Program-made: the position numbers and the translations under genes
Shown here: in pieces, positions 13,155 through 24,920 of the stretch
Numbering within the stretch: the first letter of the stretch is position 1
Layout: each line of letters begins with the position of its first letter
NCBI GenBank assembly: GCA_003427395.1
Contig: BFEA01000003.1
Coordinates: 1,232,031 to 1,296,030 of the forward strand
Reading direction: 5' to 3'
DNA length: 64,000 bases
Source of the DNA: Chara braunii
Lineage: Eukaryota; Plantae; Charophyceae
Notes under the pieces: generated by a model
Database searches by the model: none
Seen by the model: the letters and a program-made list of their open reading frames with translations, nothing else
Told to the model about the DNA's origin: nothing

Positions 13155-13724
13155 GAGGTGGACCCCACCGCCCAAAGTCTGGAAAAGGCAGTTTCCGTGG
13201 TAAAGCGACGCGGAAGTCCTGGAAGGTTTCAGAAAAGAAAAGATGGGACCCCACCGACTTGCCTCTTTTCCAGACTTTTGGAAGAGTTCTTCCAGACTTT
13301 CGGACCAGTTTGGCTGTTTTGTCCACCGTCGAAGCCCGGGTAGGCCGTGGTGGACCTGCGGGGTGGCCGCTGACGGGTCGTGGGTGGCATTGCGTGGCCG
13401 TCCGACCTTCGGCTGGGTAGCACCGTGCGGACACAAAATGGACCTGCGCGATCTTCCAAGTCTGGAAGACGTAGGGGGATGCCCCCCCCTACCCCTCGTG
13501 TTTGCCACAAAATTTCGGCGAGGCTGATGTGGATCGGCCGTTTTCCGCGCGGAAAAGGACTTGGAAACTCGCTCCTCTCTTTTCCAGGCGCCACTTTTCC
13601 GGGCAGTGGGGTCTGGGAAATACAAAAAAAAGGACTTCCAGACACTTTTCCAGAGGCTGTTGGGTCCGAGAGAACACCCCGGCGGAAGAGTTCTTCCGAG
13701 ATTTTCCCCTGTGGGGTCCACCTC
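13155..13724. mobile_element. Related Harbinger-type element directly abutting the previous one
   Basis: TAA GAGGTGGACCCCAC...GTGGGGTCCACCTC TAT. Confidence 0.85.
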
Positions 13725-13871
13725 TATGAGTATCTCTGAATAGTCAATCTGCCCTTCCCTTGAGACAATCCTTTGCAGTAATGTCAGAACTTGTCAGCTG
13801 TCAGACCTGTAGAATTCAGGATGCAGATGAGCAAATCTTCAGAAGGATGGGAAGAGGAAAATGAAACCAAC

Positions 13872-13945
13872 TGGCCTAGTAGCTCAGTTGGCACACCCAT
13901 GAACTGTTGAAATACAGACCGGAGTTCGAACCCAGATGGAATCAG
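13872..13945 (+). mobile_element. tRNA(Phe)-like SINE head; relatives at ~12461-12530(+), 24650-24935(-), 29205-29260(-), 49083-49177(-)
   Basis: TAGCTCAGTTGG A box, CTGT-TGAAAT-ACAG anticodon-arm-like hairpin and GAGTTCGAACCC B box; acceptor stem does not pair. Confidence 0.7.
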
Positions 13946-14762
13946 AGGAGTAAAAGTAATCAGAGTAAAAGTAACTTTGAGATTCACCTGCGGTCAATCA
14001 GTTCAGTTGAAAGATGACATCGCATGGCTGTCATCATCCTTTGAAAAAAAAAGAATAAAAGAAAGAGGAGGAAAAGGAAGCCCTACAGGTTGGATTGGGC
14101 AAGTTGTTTTTTGGTCCTGGGGCCTTCCACGAGTATTCTTCTCGTCTATCATGGTTATCTGTCATGTCGGAGCACCCCCGCCACGTGGTAGTCATTTTTT
14201 TTTCTTTTTTGACATTTTTTTGTTTGTTTTGAATGGTGGTCGATTTGCGCTTGTCTGCTCTCTCGAGAGTATCTTTCTTAAGAATGTGAGAGGCTGTTAG
14301 CTGTCAGGCTCTGTAGATTGATAGTCCAGAGGTGCCCGGTCTTGAGGCCTTGCATGAGCATTCTGCCCGAGTATCAGTCATCTTGTGTGTGCGCCACGTG
14401 GTAGCCAATCTACCCTGGTCCGTTTTTTTTCTCAACCCTCCAAAGGAAACAGGTCCGGCGAGAGTAGCCTAATTTGAAGCTTACCCAGTGACACCGTGCA
14501 CCTGCAGAAGCGGAGGCCCCACCGGCGTAGGGGAGGGTTTTGATTCCTGGATTTGTTTTTGGCTAGTGTTTTTTCCTTTCGTTGATTCTTTTTGGGGTAC
14601 TTATATATCAGGTTATCGAGGAATCTTGAACGCATGTCCCAGATCTTTAAAAAAGAAAAAAGAAAAAAGAGAGGAGTATGTCCCGGATCTTTAAAAAAGA
14701 AAAAGAAAAAAAAGAGAGGAGTCCGATCTCGCCGGCCATTCTTTAACGTATAGGTTCGAGGG

Positions 14763-14764
<2 letters not shown>

Positions 14765-14837
<73 letters not shown>
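14765..14837. repeat. (CA)n microsatellite; other long di-nucleotide tracts at 43481-43774, 50537-50826, 51130-51367, 51896-51979, 53053-53233, 53511-53561
   Basis: Directly visible. Confidence 0.97.
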
Positions 14838-14838
<1 letters not shown>

Positions 14839-17260
14839 CGAGACGTGTACACACACACAACGAACAGAACGAAATATAAGGTGCAGTTGTGCTGTAAGGC
14901 AAATGAGCAAGCACGGCGCATCTCATGCTCAAGCACATAGACAGACGTGGCGGGTCCTAGCACCATTCAGAAGACAGCGGTGAAACTGCCGTTTTGTCAA
15001 AGCACATAGACAGACGTGGTGGGCCTAGCACCTTTCAGAAGACAGCGGTGAAACTGCCGTTTTGTCAAAGTGATACATTTATCCGAAAAACAAAACATCA
15101 TAATGCACAGGACAACAAAAAAAAAAAGAAAAAGAAAAGGGCACAAAGGTACAAACACAAAACGATCATATAAAATGTGAGGCTGTACTAGTGAGGAGGG
15201 CACACTGTGCCAAAACATAAAGAATTGAAATGCCACAAGTGCACTCCAGCATCAACCTTCTGCCTCGTCCGCTCAGGCATTCAAAATATATCACCTATAA
15301 CTTGATAGAAGATTACGAGGTAAGAAATTTTCATTTTTGGATCTATGCATCAAGGGCGAAAACGGGTTGTTCTGGTGACAATTTGCAACACACACACACA
15401 AGAGTGCCGCTCTGCGGCAGATGGGTGTGTGGGCACTTGGTGCATAGCCACACAAACGCGGCCAACCTTGCATCTTCTACTATACTGTCTATCTATCTAT
15501 GTTTTATGGATGTTTTGTAATTATTCATGGAGGGAATGAGAGAGCGAGTTTGGGGCTTTTAAAACACACACACACGCACACACGCACACACACAACCTCC
15601 TGACGAGTCGGTGAAAGTAGAGCAAAATAGTCTGGCACGGTCATGCTTTTCTTTGTGGAGCTGTGTATAGCGAATATGACGACACGTGGACCTTCTCCCT
15701 CCCCTTCCCCTCCCCCTTCTCCCTCCTCCTTCTCCCCCCCCCCCTTCTCTCCCTTCTCTCCCTCTCCCACTCATCTCCGACGAAATAGTCGGACAAAAAG
15801 TCTCACACATGCACTCATCTCCTTCCCCTCCCCCTTCTCCCTCCTCCCTCCTCTCTACCATTAAATGCATAGGATTGAGCATCATCAAGAGAACAGACAA
15901 AGTATCACTCATCTCCGACAAAATAGTCGGACAAAAAGTCCCACACATGCACTCATCTCCCTCCCCTTCCCCTCCCCCTTCTCNCTCCTCCCTCCTCTCT
16001 ACCATTAAATGCATAGGATTTTGCATCATCAAGAGAACAGACGAAGTATAAGTTCGAGATGTGCTCAAAAGCAAATGGGCGTGTTGCATTCCACGCTTAA
16101 GTGGTGGATGTGGCTTAGTTTTTAAAAAATGGGTGTGTCGCGTTCCACCCGTAGTGGCCAGATACAGTCCTCAAAGCACTGGTGTGACTTCCACACACCT
16201 CTGTGAGGGCCTTTACCAATGTCGCTGGATTCGAAGTTCTTAGGGGGGAGGGGGTCCCCTCACTGTGGGCCTGAGTAGCTGGAAGTTAATTCAACGCGGC
16301 CTCCACGTTGAAATTTTCAACCCACAGTGAAACAGCATTAAATCGGCGGTTCAACACCGATTTGACAGGATTCACCGTGGCCCGGGAAAGGGCAAAACAG
16401 GCTGTTGGGGTCAGGTACGCGGTATCTGGTGTGGTGGGAGTGCCTGGGCAAAACCCCATGCATAAGAAAAAGAAAAAGAATCGGAAAAAAAATAAAAAGA
16501 TAGAAAACTGTCTGGGTCACAAAAAAAATGTCGTTTTTGGCAGGCAGCATTCGTTCGCACCCGCGCCGTCGGGAGTTTGGTGGCCAAGGGATAAGAGGTG
16601 GCCGTTGTCACCACATCCGTTATTTAGTGTTTGGACGCCCGGTGGAGTGAGAGGGAGGGAGAGAAAAACAGAGAGAGAGAGAGAGAGAGAGGAGGGGGGG
16701 AGAGAGCGGTTCGACATGGAACCGCATGTGGTCGGCGCTTTTTGCCATATGGCAGGCGCGTACAACCTGTCAACATCCTTGCCATGTGCAAACACACGGA
16801 CCAGCAGCGTGCATGGAGCGTAGACTGCGGAGCGGGAAGCAGCAGCGCTAGTGTCGATCAGATCACCAGCGGAAATCGAGTGCAGCAGCGGTGGCAGGGC
16901 AGCATCGACCGGAGCAGCGGTATCCAACAACGTCAAAGCGGCAGGCGGCGCTGACGCATCTGCCCACGTGGTGTTGAAACGCATTGAAGTCTATTTTCAA
17001 CGTATTTCAATGCGGTTCAATGTGCGCTGACAGCGCGTGGATTGGGCAGATTCAGCCAGGGGGACCCCCACTTTCAGCTCCTGACTAACGGGTCACAACC
17101 TAAAATTAGGGTTTGGGGGTCAAATTTTATGTTTTTGAGGTTTTTTTTCTTGCTTGTTTTTGTTTTGGTTCAAGGTTGCTGTGCCAAATTGGGTTTTGTT
17201 ATAAATGACATCAGAAGTTGTTTGAAATTGGAGGCCTCCGTTAACCGCCTCTCCACAGTT

Positions 17261-17475
17261 AGGGATGTCGATAGAAAGGGGGTGAAGATGATGTCATGCA
17301 ACCACTGTGGCCAGGTGTTCCGAGGGACAATGTATAACGCCGCACGACACTTTATGCAGTTGAACTACTGCGGATCTGTTGCAGACTACACGTTGTACGA
17401 GATAGCGTGACACAGCACATTTTTGACAGCAAGTACACGCGGGATTGGGGAGTGGATGTGTCGAGGGGATTTACA

Positions 17476-17514
<39 letters not shown>

Positions 17515-17680
17515 GTTCGGGGGGGGGGACTGACGAGCGTGTGCTAGACACCGGGCAGGGCGATGGCGGAGAGGACATTATAGACCTGGAGGGGGGGCCA
17601 GAAGTCGGAGGCGGGGAGGGCAGGGGCAAGGAGAAGGGTCACGAGGGTAACACCGACTTCCAGAGGCGCGAGGCAAGTAG
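17261..17680 (+). pseudogene. hAT-type transposase N-terminal remnant (BED zinc finger)
   Basis: KMMSCNHCGQVFRGTMYNAARHFMQLNYC fits the CxxC...H...C BED pattern. In-frame stop at 17408-17410, then a poly-G run and an acidic Gly-rich stretch. Confidence 0.65.
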
Positions 17681-18584
17681 AAGGGTCACGAGGGTAACAC
17701 TGACTTCCAGAGGCGTGAGGGTAACTTGCCTCTTGGGCGGTGACGTCGAGGCTGCACGGCCTCCACACGACCGGTACCTCCCTCCCTTTCGGAGGGAAAC
17801 ATCATTGCAGGCTCTGATATGGTCCGCAAAGGCCCTAGACTCAGGCTACTTGGACTGCCGCCTACCTCTAGCCTACCGCTACTGGGCCTCTACAAATGCC
17901 AACTTTCGTCTTCTTCTGGTCAGCCCCCAGTTCCCGACCCGCTGCCCAAGTGTTGCGGGCCTATTCCCTGCAACTTGAGTGTTTTCGCCGTTGCAACCCT
18001 CAAAGTCATGGCCACAGGTAAGTACCGGCCCTGCGGGCCTCACCACATACAGGCCACAGACACACTCAGGCGTACGTGCACTCAGACAGGAACACGGACC
18101 AGCAAGCACACACGCTTACAGAGAATTAGAAAACTCAGCAGAACGCAGGAATCTCTGCAAGGCATACATTCCAGTGGCAAAACCCAGAAATCAGCAGTGT
18201 TCTGAGTCTGTGTTTTGGCAGGTCATGACAATTATTGAAAAAAAAAAAAAAAAAAAAAAACACCAGTACTCTTTTCCCTGCTATCACTACAGTGCTGTGA
18301 CAATCGGGCAAGATTGAATATGTCCTCCCGTTGCAGACCCATATATCCCGCCCGTAAACACACCGCACTTCGGGGAAACACTGGTCGTTTAACTAGGAGT
18401 GTGCAGGGTACCTGGCCAGGGTACTGGTGGTTTAGCTAAGGAGGAAAACGTCAAGGGGTCAAAATGCCACTAACCTCCCGGGAGGGCCTCGTTTCTCCCC
18501 TCCGTAGGGTTGGATTTCACCTCCCCTTTACTGGCAAAAGCAGCCTTGGGAATCTGCTTCATTGACTTAGCAAGTCTGGTTCGG

Positions 18585-19190
18585 GGCCCAAGTACCACTT
18601 ACCCGAGTTCTCGACGTCTGACCGTAAGTCATGGAATTCAACCGCCGGCAATGCAGACTCTGGCCAAGCGGGACTTGCCCCCAGGGGGTGCCAGGTGGGA
18701 TTTGATCCCAGTTGGTGCCAAGTGGAGCTGGGCCCAGCAAATAATGGAAATTAACTGCCAGCAATGCACAATCCGGCGGATTCCGGCCAAGTTGCACTTG
18801 GCACCCCAGGGGGTGCCTAGTGGGATTTGGTTCCAGGGGGTGCCAACTGGGATTTGGCCCCCAGGGGTTACAAAGTGGGGCTGGGGTTCGGGGCCAAAGT
18901 CCCACTTACCAGAGTTCTCGACGTCTGACCATAAGTTATGGAAATCAACCGCCGACAATGCAGACTCTGGCCAAGTGGGACTTGCCCCCGGGGGTGCCAG
19001 GTGGGATTTGATCCCAGTTGGTGCCAAGTGGGGCTGGGCCCAGCAAATAATGGAAATCAACTGCCAGCAATTCACAATCCGGCGGATTCCGGCCAAGTCG
19101 CACTTGACCCCAGGGAGTGCCTAGTGGGATTTGGCTCCAGGGGGTGCCAAATGGGATTTGGCCCCAGGGGTTACAAAGTGGGGCTGGGGC
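18585..19190. repeat. Tandem duplication with ~307-bp unit
   Basis: GAGTTCTCGACGTCTGACC at 18605 and 18912; internal GGGGGTGCCA sub-repeats. Confidence 0.9.
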
Positions 19191-19411
19191 CCACAGGTAG
19201 TGGTCGCTGACAGTTACTGAACTTGGAGGAATGTCACAGAAGTGGACAGTGTCATCATCATCCTCGTTGTTCAGATCGGGAGTTCAAATCCTGTTCAGTA
19301 CACAAAGTGAACTGATGAAGCTCGTTGAAAAAAGAAATGCCAGTGTAGTGCGGCGGAGGTAGTCTTTGTTTTGTCATTTTTTTTCAAGTGGAGGTAGTCT
19401 CTATAGACTCT

Positions 19412-19762
19412 GTACCGGTCGTCCCGGAATAGAAAAGTATAGTCATTGTAGCTGTATTTGTTTGGGGAAACTTTCATTCTAGATACGGGGAGAATGACCG
19501 TACACGGCGTCCAGTCATTTTTGGGGGGAAGACGGTTATGGTTGGATTGTGAACCTTTGGGCATCAGAGCTGTATTTGGAGCAACTTTCAGTCTAGGTAC
19601 AGGGATAATGACCGTGCAGTCTTTTGGGGGGAAGACGACCCTTGGGGGAAGAGGGTAATGGCTGGATTGTGAACCTTTGGGCATAAGAGCTGTATTTGGG
19701 GCAACTTTCAGTCTAGGTACAGAGATAATGACCGTGCAGTCTTTTTGGGGGAAGACGACCCG
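19412..19762. repeat. MITE-A-derived tandem array with 120-bp period
   Basis: GGATTGTGAACCTTTGGGCAT at 19544 and 19664; each unit contains the MITE right arm ATGACCGT...GGGGAAGACG. Confidence 0.8.
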
Positions 19763-21087
19763 TTGTTTGTGGTGTTGCTATGAATCCTGTAGACCATCCT
19801 TGCGGAGGTGGAGAAGGACGTACAAGAGGAGGCCGGAAGGTCCATTTCTTCTTGGGGAAACCCAACCGAAGGTGGATTTTGGGATTGAATCATTGAATTC
19901 ATTGAATTCATTGAATTCATTGATTGCTCTATAGCTTACCGAAATCGTGAGGAGCGTAAGTTTTCTTTCCTTCTTTGTTCAGTGGGCAATAGAACAAAAT
20001 CATCTGCTGACGTAAAACAGACGTCTGCTGAACGAAGGTCTTGCCTTTGCATTTGTTTGTTTCTTGGAATGAGATAGGTCGGTAGTGGTTGGGTTTTGAA
20101 CCTTTGGGAGAAGATACACATCCTCTTGGAGTCGTTTCATCTTACCTGAAGTCCCCTTACCCCCCCCCCCTCTCTTGCTGCATGAACCCCAGGCGTTTTC
20201 CTAAAATGGTAAACTAATGGAGATGGGAGGAGGGAACTTTCCTCTCAGCAGTGAGTGCTTTCCCTTTTGCCCAGCTTTTCTTTCCTTTGTTGGGTTTCTG
20301 TTTTGTGGGACGTGCAGTTTGTCTCCTCGGCCTGTTGTTTGTCATTTTGTGTAACTTTGCTCATGAATACAATGATTACAATCATAATTGAATCATTTCA
20401 TCGGAAATTCATACGTAATATATTTTTCTTTCATTCGCAATTCCATGTGTTGGTTGACTGGATCCGCAACCCCCTTTTTTTTTTGTTTTCCCTTTTCCTT
20501 TCGCTAGACTGGATGTGCAACTCTCCAGCATGCTTGTAATGGGAGGGGACCAAAAATCAAAAAAAAAAAAGAAAAGAGGGAAGTACGCTCATGCCATATC
20601 AGAGTTTCATAGGGGGGCAAAAAAGAACATGTGCCGGCGAAGAAACCAGGCGCGAGTTCAAAACGGGCAAATGAAAGTACTGCGGCCATGGTGTCAGGCC
20701 GGGTGTCATATTTTACAGGGGTCGGTCGTGGTGTCAGGCCGGGTGTCATATTTTACAGGGGCCGGCCGTGGTGTCAGATGGGGAAAGGGAAAAAAGAAGG
20801 GGAAAAAAAGCGCAACGGATGCTTTTCGACCGAAATTGCCACTTCGGTGGCGCGTTTTTCTTTTATCGTTTGCTGCTACGAACTCAAAACCTGTCGGCGG
20901 CGGACATCCGCAGGGTTGGTAGGACCTTTGGGGCAAGGTCCTACTACCAAAGAGGATCGGATGTGATGCCTGAATTTGGACGGGTTTGTGGAGAGATGCA
21001 GAAATCGCGATTGAAATGCGTTTCTGCATCTCTTTGTAAAAGACATCCAGATTCAGACTCTCAAATTCTCGATCCAATCCTCTTTGC

Positions 21088-21202
21088 TACCTTCTTTTTC
21101 ATCCCCGGAACTCCACGTACGGTCATTATAACTGTATTTGAGGCAACTGTAAGTCTAAATACAGCTATAATGGCTGTACGTTGTATTCGGGGGAAGAAGG
21201 TA
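21088..21202. mobile_element. MITE family A copy nested in the right TIR of a family E element
   Basis: CTCTTTGC TA[MITE]TA GTTGCACC; compare the uninterrupted CTCTTTGCTAGTGGAACC at ~28810. Confidence 0.85.
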
Positions 21203-21430
21203 GTTGCACCTCACTCCTGTGCTGAGTCGGCTGACTACTCCATTACAAAAGTCCATGCTTAAATGATGACAATTCTTTTTGTTTCTTTTTCTTTTTCTTT
21301 GTTTTTCTTTTTTCCTTTTACTTTTTTTGGTTTTATACAAGCTATAATGATGACACTGTTGCCCTGTTTCCTTTTTTTTTGTTTTTTTTTTCCTTTTCTT
21401 TTTCCCTGTTTCTGTTGTGTTTGCCCCCTG

Positions 21431-22090
21431 GGGTGAAGTCCCACCGCCGAAGTTGAGTTTTCTCAACGCTGAGCTTTCTATCACGTGTGGCATGGTGGGA
21501 CGGAGCTCTGCCATTGATGTATTGAGAATCTAAGGGTACCGAAATACAGGAGAATATCCTATTAGATTTGGTCATTTTGTAGAATTTTTCTTTGACGTGG
21601 AATCCGTTTTGTAGTATGCGTTGGCGCTTTTGGTTTGGGCGGGAAGCCATTTTCCATTGAGAAAACTACCCTACCGAGGGTAGGGTACATTTCTCAACGT
21701 ATGTGCCTTTTTTTTTTTTTTTTTTTTAAGATATCATTACACCCTGAAACGGAGGAACTCTGACAGCTGTGTTTGGGTCTCTCGCATCTAACTCTCTTCC
21801 TTCTTTGGGCAATGAACGCATCTGGCCATCCATGTTGTCCCTGTCCATTTTACGAATGGTGACCTCCTGTCCCCTCACCACGGGAAGTATCCTTTTTCCA
21901 CGGAGACATTCACTTCCGACTGTGCCAGACATGTTTCATTTCTCCGAGTTACTTAATCAAAAATAAGGAGAAAAGCTGTTTCTAGCGTTTTTTTTCAGTT
22001 TTTTAATTTTTTGTTTCGAATTTGTTAATGCCAAAATGGTGTCACACGGTTGCGTTTTCTAAGCTAAACTTGGGCGGTGGGACTTCACCC
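21431..22090. mobile_element. 660-bp TIR element with CTG TSD (Harbinger-like)
   Basis: CTG GGGTGAAGTCCCACCGCCGAAGTT...AACTTGGGCGGTGGGACTTCACCC CTG. Confidence 0.85.
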
Positions 22091-22139
22091 CTGCTGTTTG
22101 TCTTAATTGGTGGATTTAACAGATATTGACTGTCATTTC

Positions 22140-22606
22140 TTTTTTTTCTTTTTTTTTAAAGGCTAATTCTTTGAGCCCAACCAATTCAATTACCTGTCAA
22201 ATCTGGACAGGACGGCCTTTCAGGCCTTTTTTATTGTCATTATAGTATTACAGGGAACCCCGTAGCAGCCACATCCGTGCTCAAGCCTCCAACGAGGGAA
22301 CATGNGGGAGCTGCACCCACCAGCAGGTGCGATACCTGCTACAGCAGGTGGGCGATACCGGCCAGGGGTCAGCCGGTAGCATCAGGACCGAGCTTCTTCG
22401 ATGGGCCAGTCACTGTACCTCCCCTCCGGTCCCCTCCCTCTATGAACATCAGCAGTCTCTGCTCAATGCCACTCGGGGGGACCAACGGCATATCTCTAGG
22501 TGGCGGGCGCCAAGCTTGCCCAGGAAGGTACATGAGGCCAATGGGGATTGAACCCAAGACCTCCTGAATGCCACTTCCGTGCCTTACCAACTGCGCTAGG
22601 CCGCTG
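22140..22606 (-). mobile_element. Complete tRNA-derived SINE with A-rich tail and 18-bp TSD
   Basis: Direct repeat GATATTGACTGTCATTTC at 22122-22139 and 22607-22624. Head has A box TAGCGCAGTTGG and B box GGTTCAATCC. T-run at 22140-22157 is the poly(A) tail. Confidence 0.9.
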
Positions 22607-23333
22607 GATATTGACTGTCATTTCAATAATGAAGGGTTTGAATTTTGAAGTCAATGCCCTCTGAGCTGGACCCCTACACTGTGGTCAGACAAACAGGTAC
22701 TACATGCAGATGTGAGGCTGTACTCACGCTAGCACTATCGTAAATGTATCTGACCTCATTTACAGTCAGAGCGGGATGCGCCTGACCACAATTACACCCA
22801 TAAAAAAATGGAGTAGAAAGGTCCTAGTGTGAGTATGCCCTGAGTGTATCAAAGGCAATCTGAGTGCCCCAGGGCATACTCAGGCCTGGTCCCCACAGGA
22901 ATTCCGCTGGAAAAGACGTCTGCACAAAAAAGGACGGGGGAAGAATTTTGGAAACTCTGGAAAGAGTTCCCCGGGGACCCCACCGCGGAATGAGATTTGC
23001 GGCAAAATGACATCAAAAGTTTCCCTAACAGGAAACGCCCCTACCCACCGTCCCGAAAAGGAAAGTGGTGGTTTGTCCTGGTGGCAAAACTGCATCACAC
23101 GCATTGTACAATGCTGCTAATGGGTCCTGATCCCTGGGTCCTCATTTCTAGCGTAGGAAGCAGCACACTAGAAATGAGGACCCCCTCATTTTCTTTTGTT
23201 TTCTTTTTTTGGGAAGGGTGGCAGCTGTGAGATATCATCATTGAATTGACCGGCCCCACGCATTTCAGAATGATTTCATTCTGTTCATCTGATAGTATCT
23301 GGATTCTAGCTTGAGTCTGTAGACCTCGCCACA

Positions 23334-23405
23334 CTCCTCACCAAATGCGAGTCAAAATTCGTGAGGAATTCAATTGGTGACCGCCCACCAAACGCGCTCG
23401 TGCTT

Positions 23406-23436
<31 letters not shown>

Positions 23437-24646
23437 CGCTTGTGCTCGCAATCGATGACTAGAGGCATTTTTTGACAGAATAGCAAAACTTGCTGTATCT
23501 TTGCAGTCACACTTTACCCACCCCCCACCCACCCACCCACCCACCAAATTCGCAATTGGTGTGGCAACTGGCAGCGGCCTGCAGGCCCCCGCCGGGTTGA
23601 CCAATTTTCTACCACCTCTAGAGGTGTTGGCAGTGTTTCTTTTTCTGAACCCACGAGCTTGAAGAAGCGAATTTTTTTTATTTTTTTTTTTGAAGAAGAA
23701 GAGAATTGCAGCCATTCCTCGACCACTTTTGCTGTGTGACCGCAAAGGGTACAGTCGAGTCACCAGATTTGATCACCAATGACTGGTTTCCCTGTTTGTC
23801 TGTTCAATTCAGAATCCTTTTCCTTCATATACAGAAAAGGGGCAGTACCTCTCCCCCCCAAAAAAAGGGTGTACCTCTCATCAATGACTGGTTTCCCCGT
23901 TTGTCTGGGCAATTTCGCGAACGGTGAGGAGTCGGGGGAATTGTCTTTTCCAATTTGCTACCCCTGTGTGACTGCGCACTGCTGCAGAGTGGCGAACAGG
24001 GAGTAGCAGGCGCGACAAATTATGATGTTTTGCTACCGGTGTGTGAGTATGCTCTCACCAGACACGAGTCGAATTTCGCTGTTTCGCTACCGGTCTGTGA
24101 GTATGTCCTCGCCAACCGCGAGTCAAATTTTGCTTTGCTACCCGTGTGTGGGACTAGGGCCTCACCGAACGCGAGTCAAGTTTTGTTTTTTGCTACCCGT
24201 GTGCGAGTCTCACGGAACGCGAGTCGGCTCGCGAGCTATTCGGTCTATGGTGAAGTTCAAGTTTTGCTTTTTTGCTACCCGTGTGCAAGTATGCCCTCAC
24301 CGAACGTGAGTCAGAATTCGTTAGGAATTCAGTTGGTGAGGAGCACTCACCAAACATGCTTGAACTCCCACCCAGATACTCCTCTTTTTGGTAGGAGCTT
24401 TTCGGGTGCTGGATCTGTCCAGACTGCAGGTCTGGACATAATTTTTGTTTTTTACTTTTTGTCTTCAGTGCTCTGCTGGTTGGGATATAATTCCATGCAA
24501 CGAGAGCTTTGGTGCGGTGGTACGGCGAGGCATGGTATTGGTGAGTTTTCCAGGCATCGCCGCTTCGGTGAAAACTGACCAATGACGTCGACCAACCATT
24601 TTCGAGCTCGAGCGCATCAACTATTTTCAAGTTTGGTGAGCAGTGC
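23334..24646. mobile_element. Cluster of CTCACC(A/G)AA-terminated inverted-repeat elements with internal TGCTACC(C/G)GTG repeats
   Basis: CTCCTCACC (23334) pairs with GGTGAGGAG (~23931); CACTCACCAAAC (~24344) pairs with GTTTGGTGAG (~24631); (GCTCGT)n at 23395-23448. Confidence 0.5.
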
Positions 24647-24688
24647 GGGAGGCCCTGTATTTCAACAGCTGATGGGTGTACCAACTGA

Positions 24689-24920
24689 AGGCATACTCAC
24701 ACTACCGTCTTCTTCACGTGAATAGAACGCCGGGTCATTACAGCGGTATTTGGTTACAACTGTCAGTAGAGATACGGCTGTAATAACAGGGCGGTTTATT
24801 CGGGTGAAGATGGGTAGCACGCTTTTACTTGTTTCTGGACGGAACTGTGGGCAGATGCATACACGTTTGGACGGAGATGCGGGGAGATACATTTTAGATG
24901 GTGCTAGTGTGAGTACGCCC
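24689..24920. mobile_element. Harbinger-type MITE family D with TGA TSD; relatives at ~22716-22840, 26407-27157, 27158-27290
   Basis: TGA AGGCATACTCACACTA...TAGTGTGAGTACGCCC TGA. Confidence 0.85.
24703..24816. mobile_element. MITE family A copy nested in the left TIR of a family D element
   Basis: CATACTCACAC TA[MITE]TA GCAC; the opposite TIR of the host is intact. Confidence 0.85.

Noticed and set aside
13872-13945. tRNA-like segments as functional tRNA genes (also 12461, 22530, 28103, 28860, 39574, 49083)
   Set aside because: Acceptor or anticodon stems are broken and several carry insertions; better explained as SINE heads.
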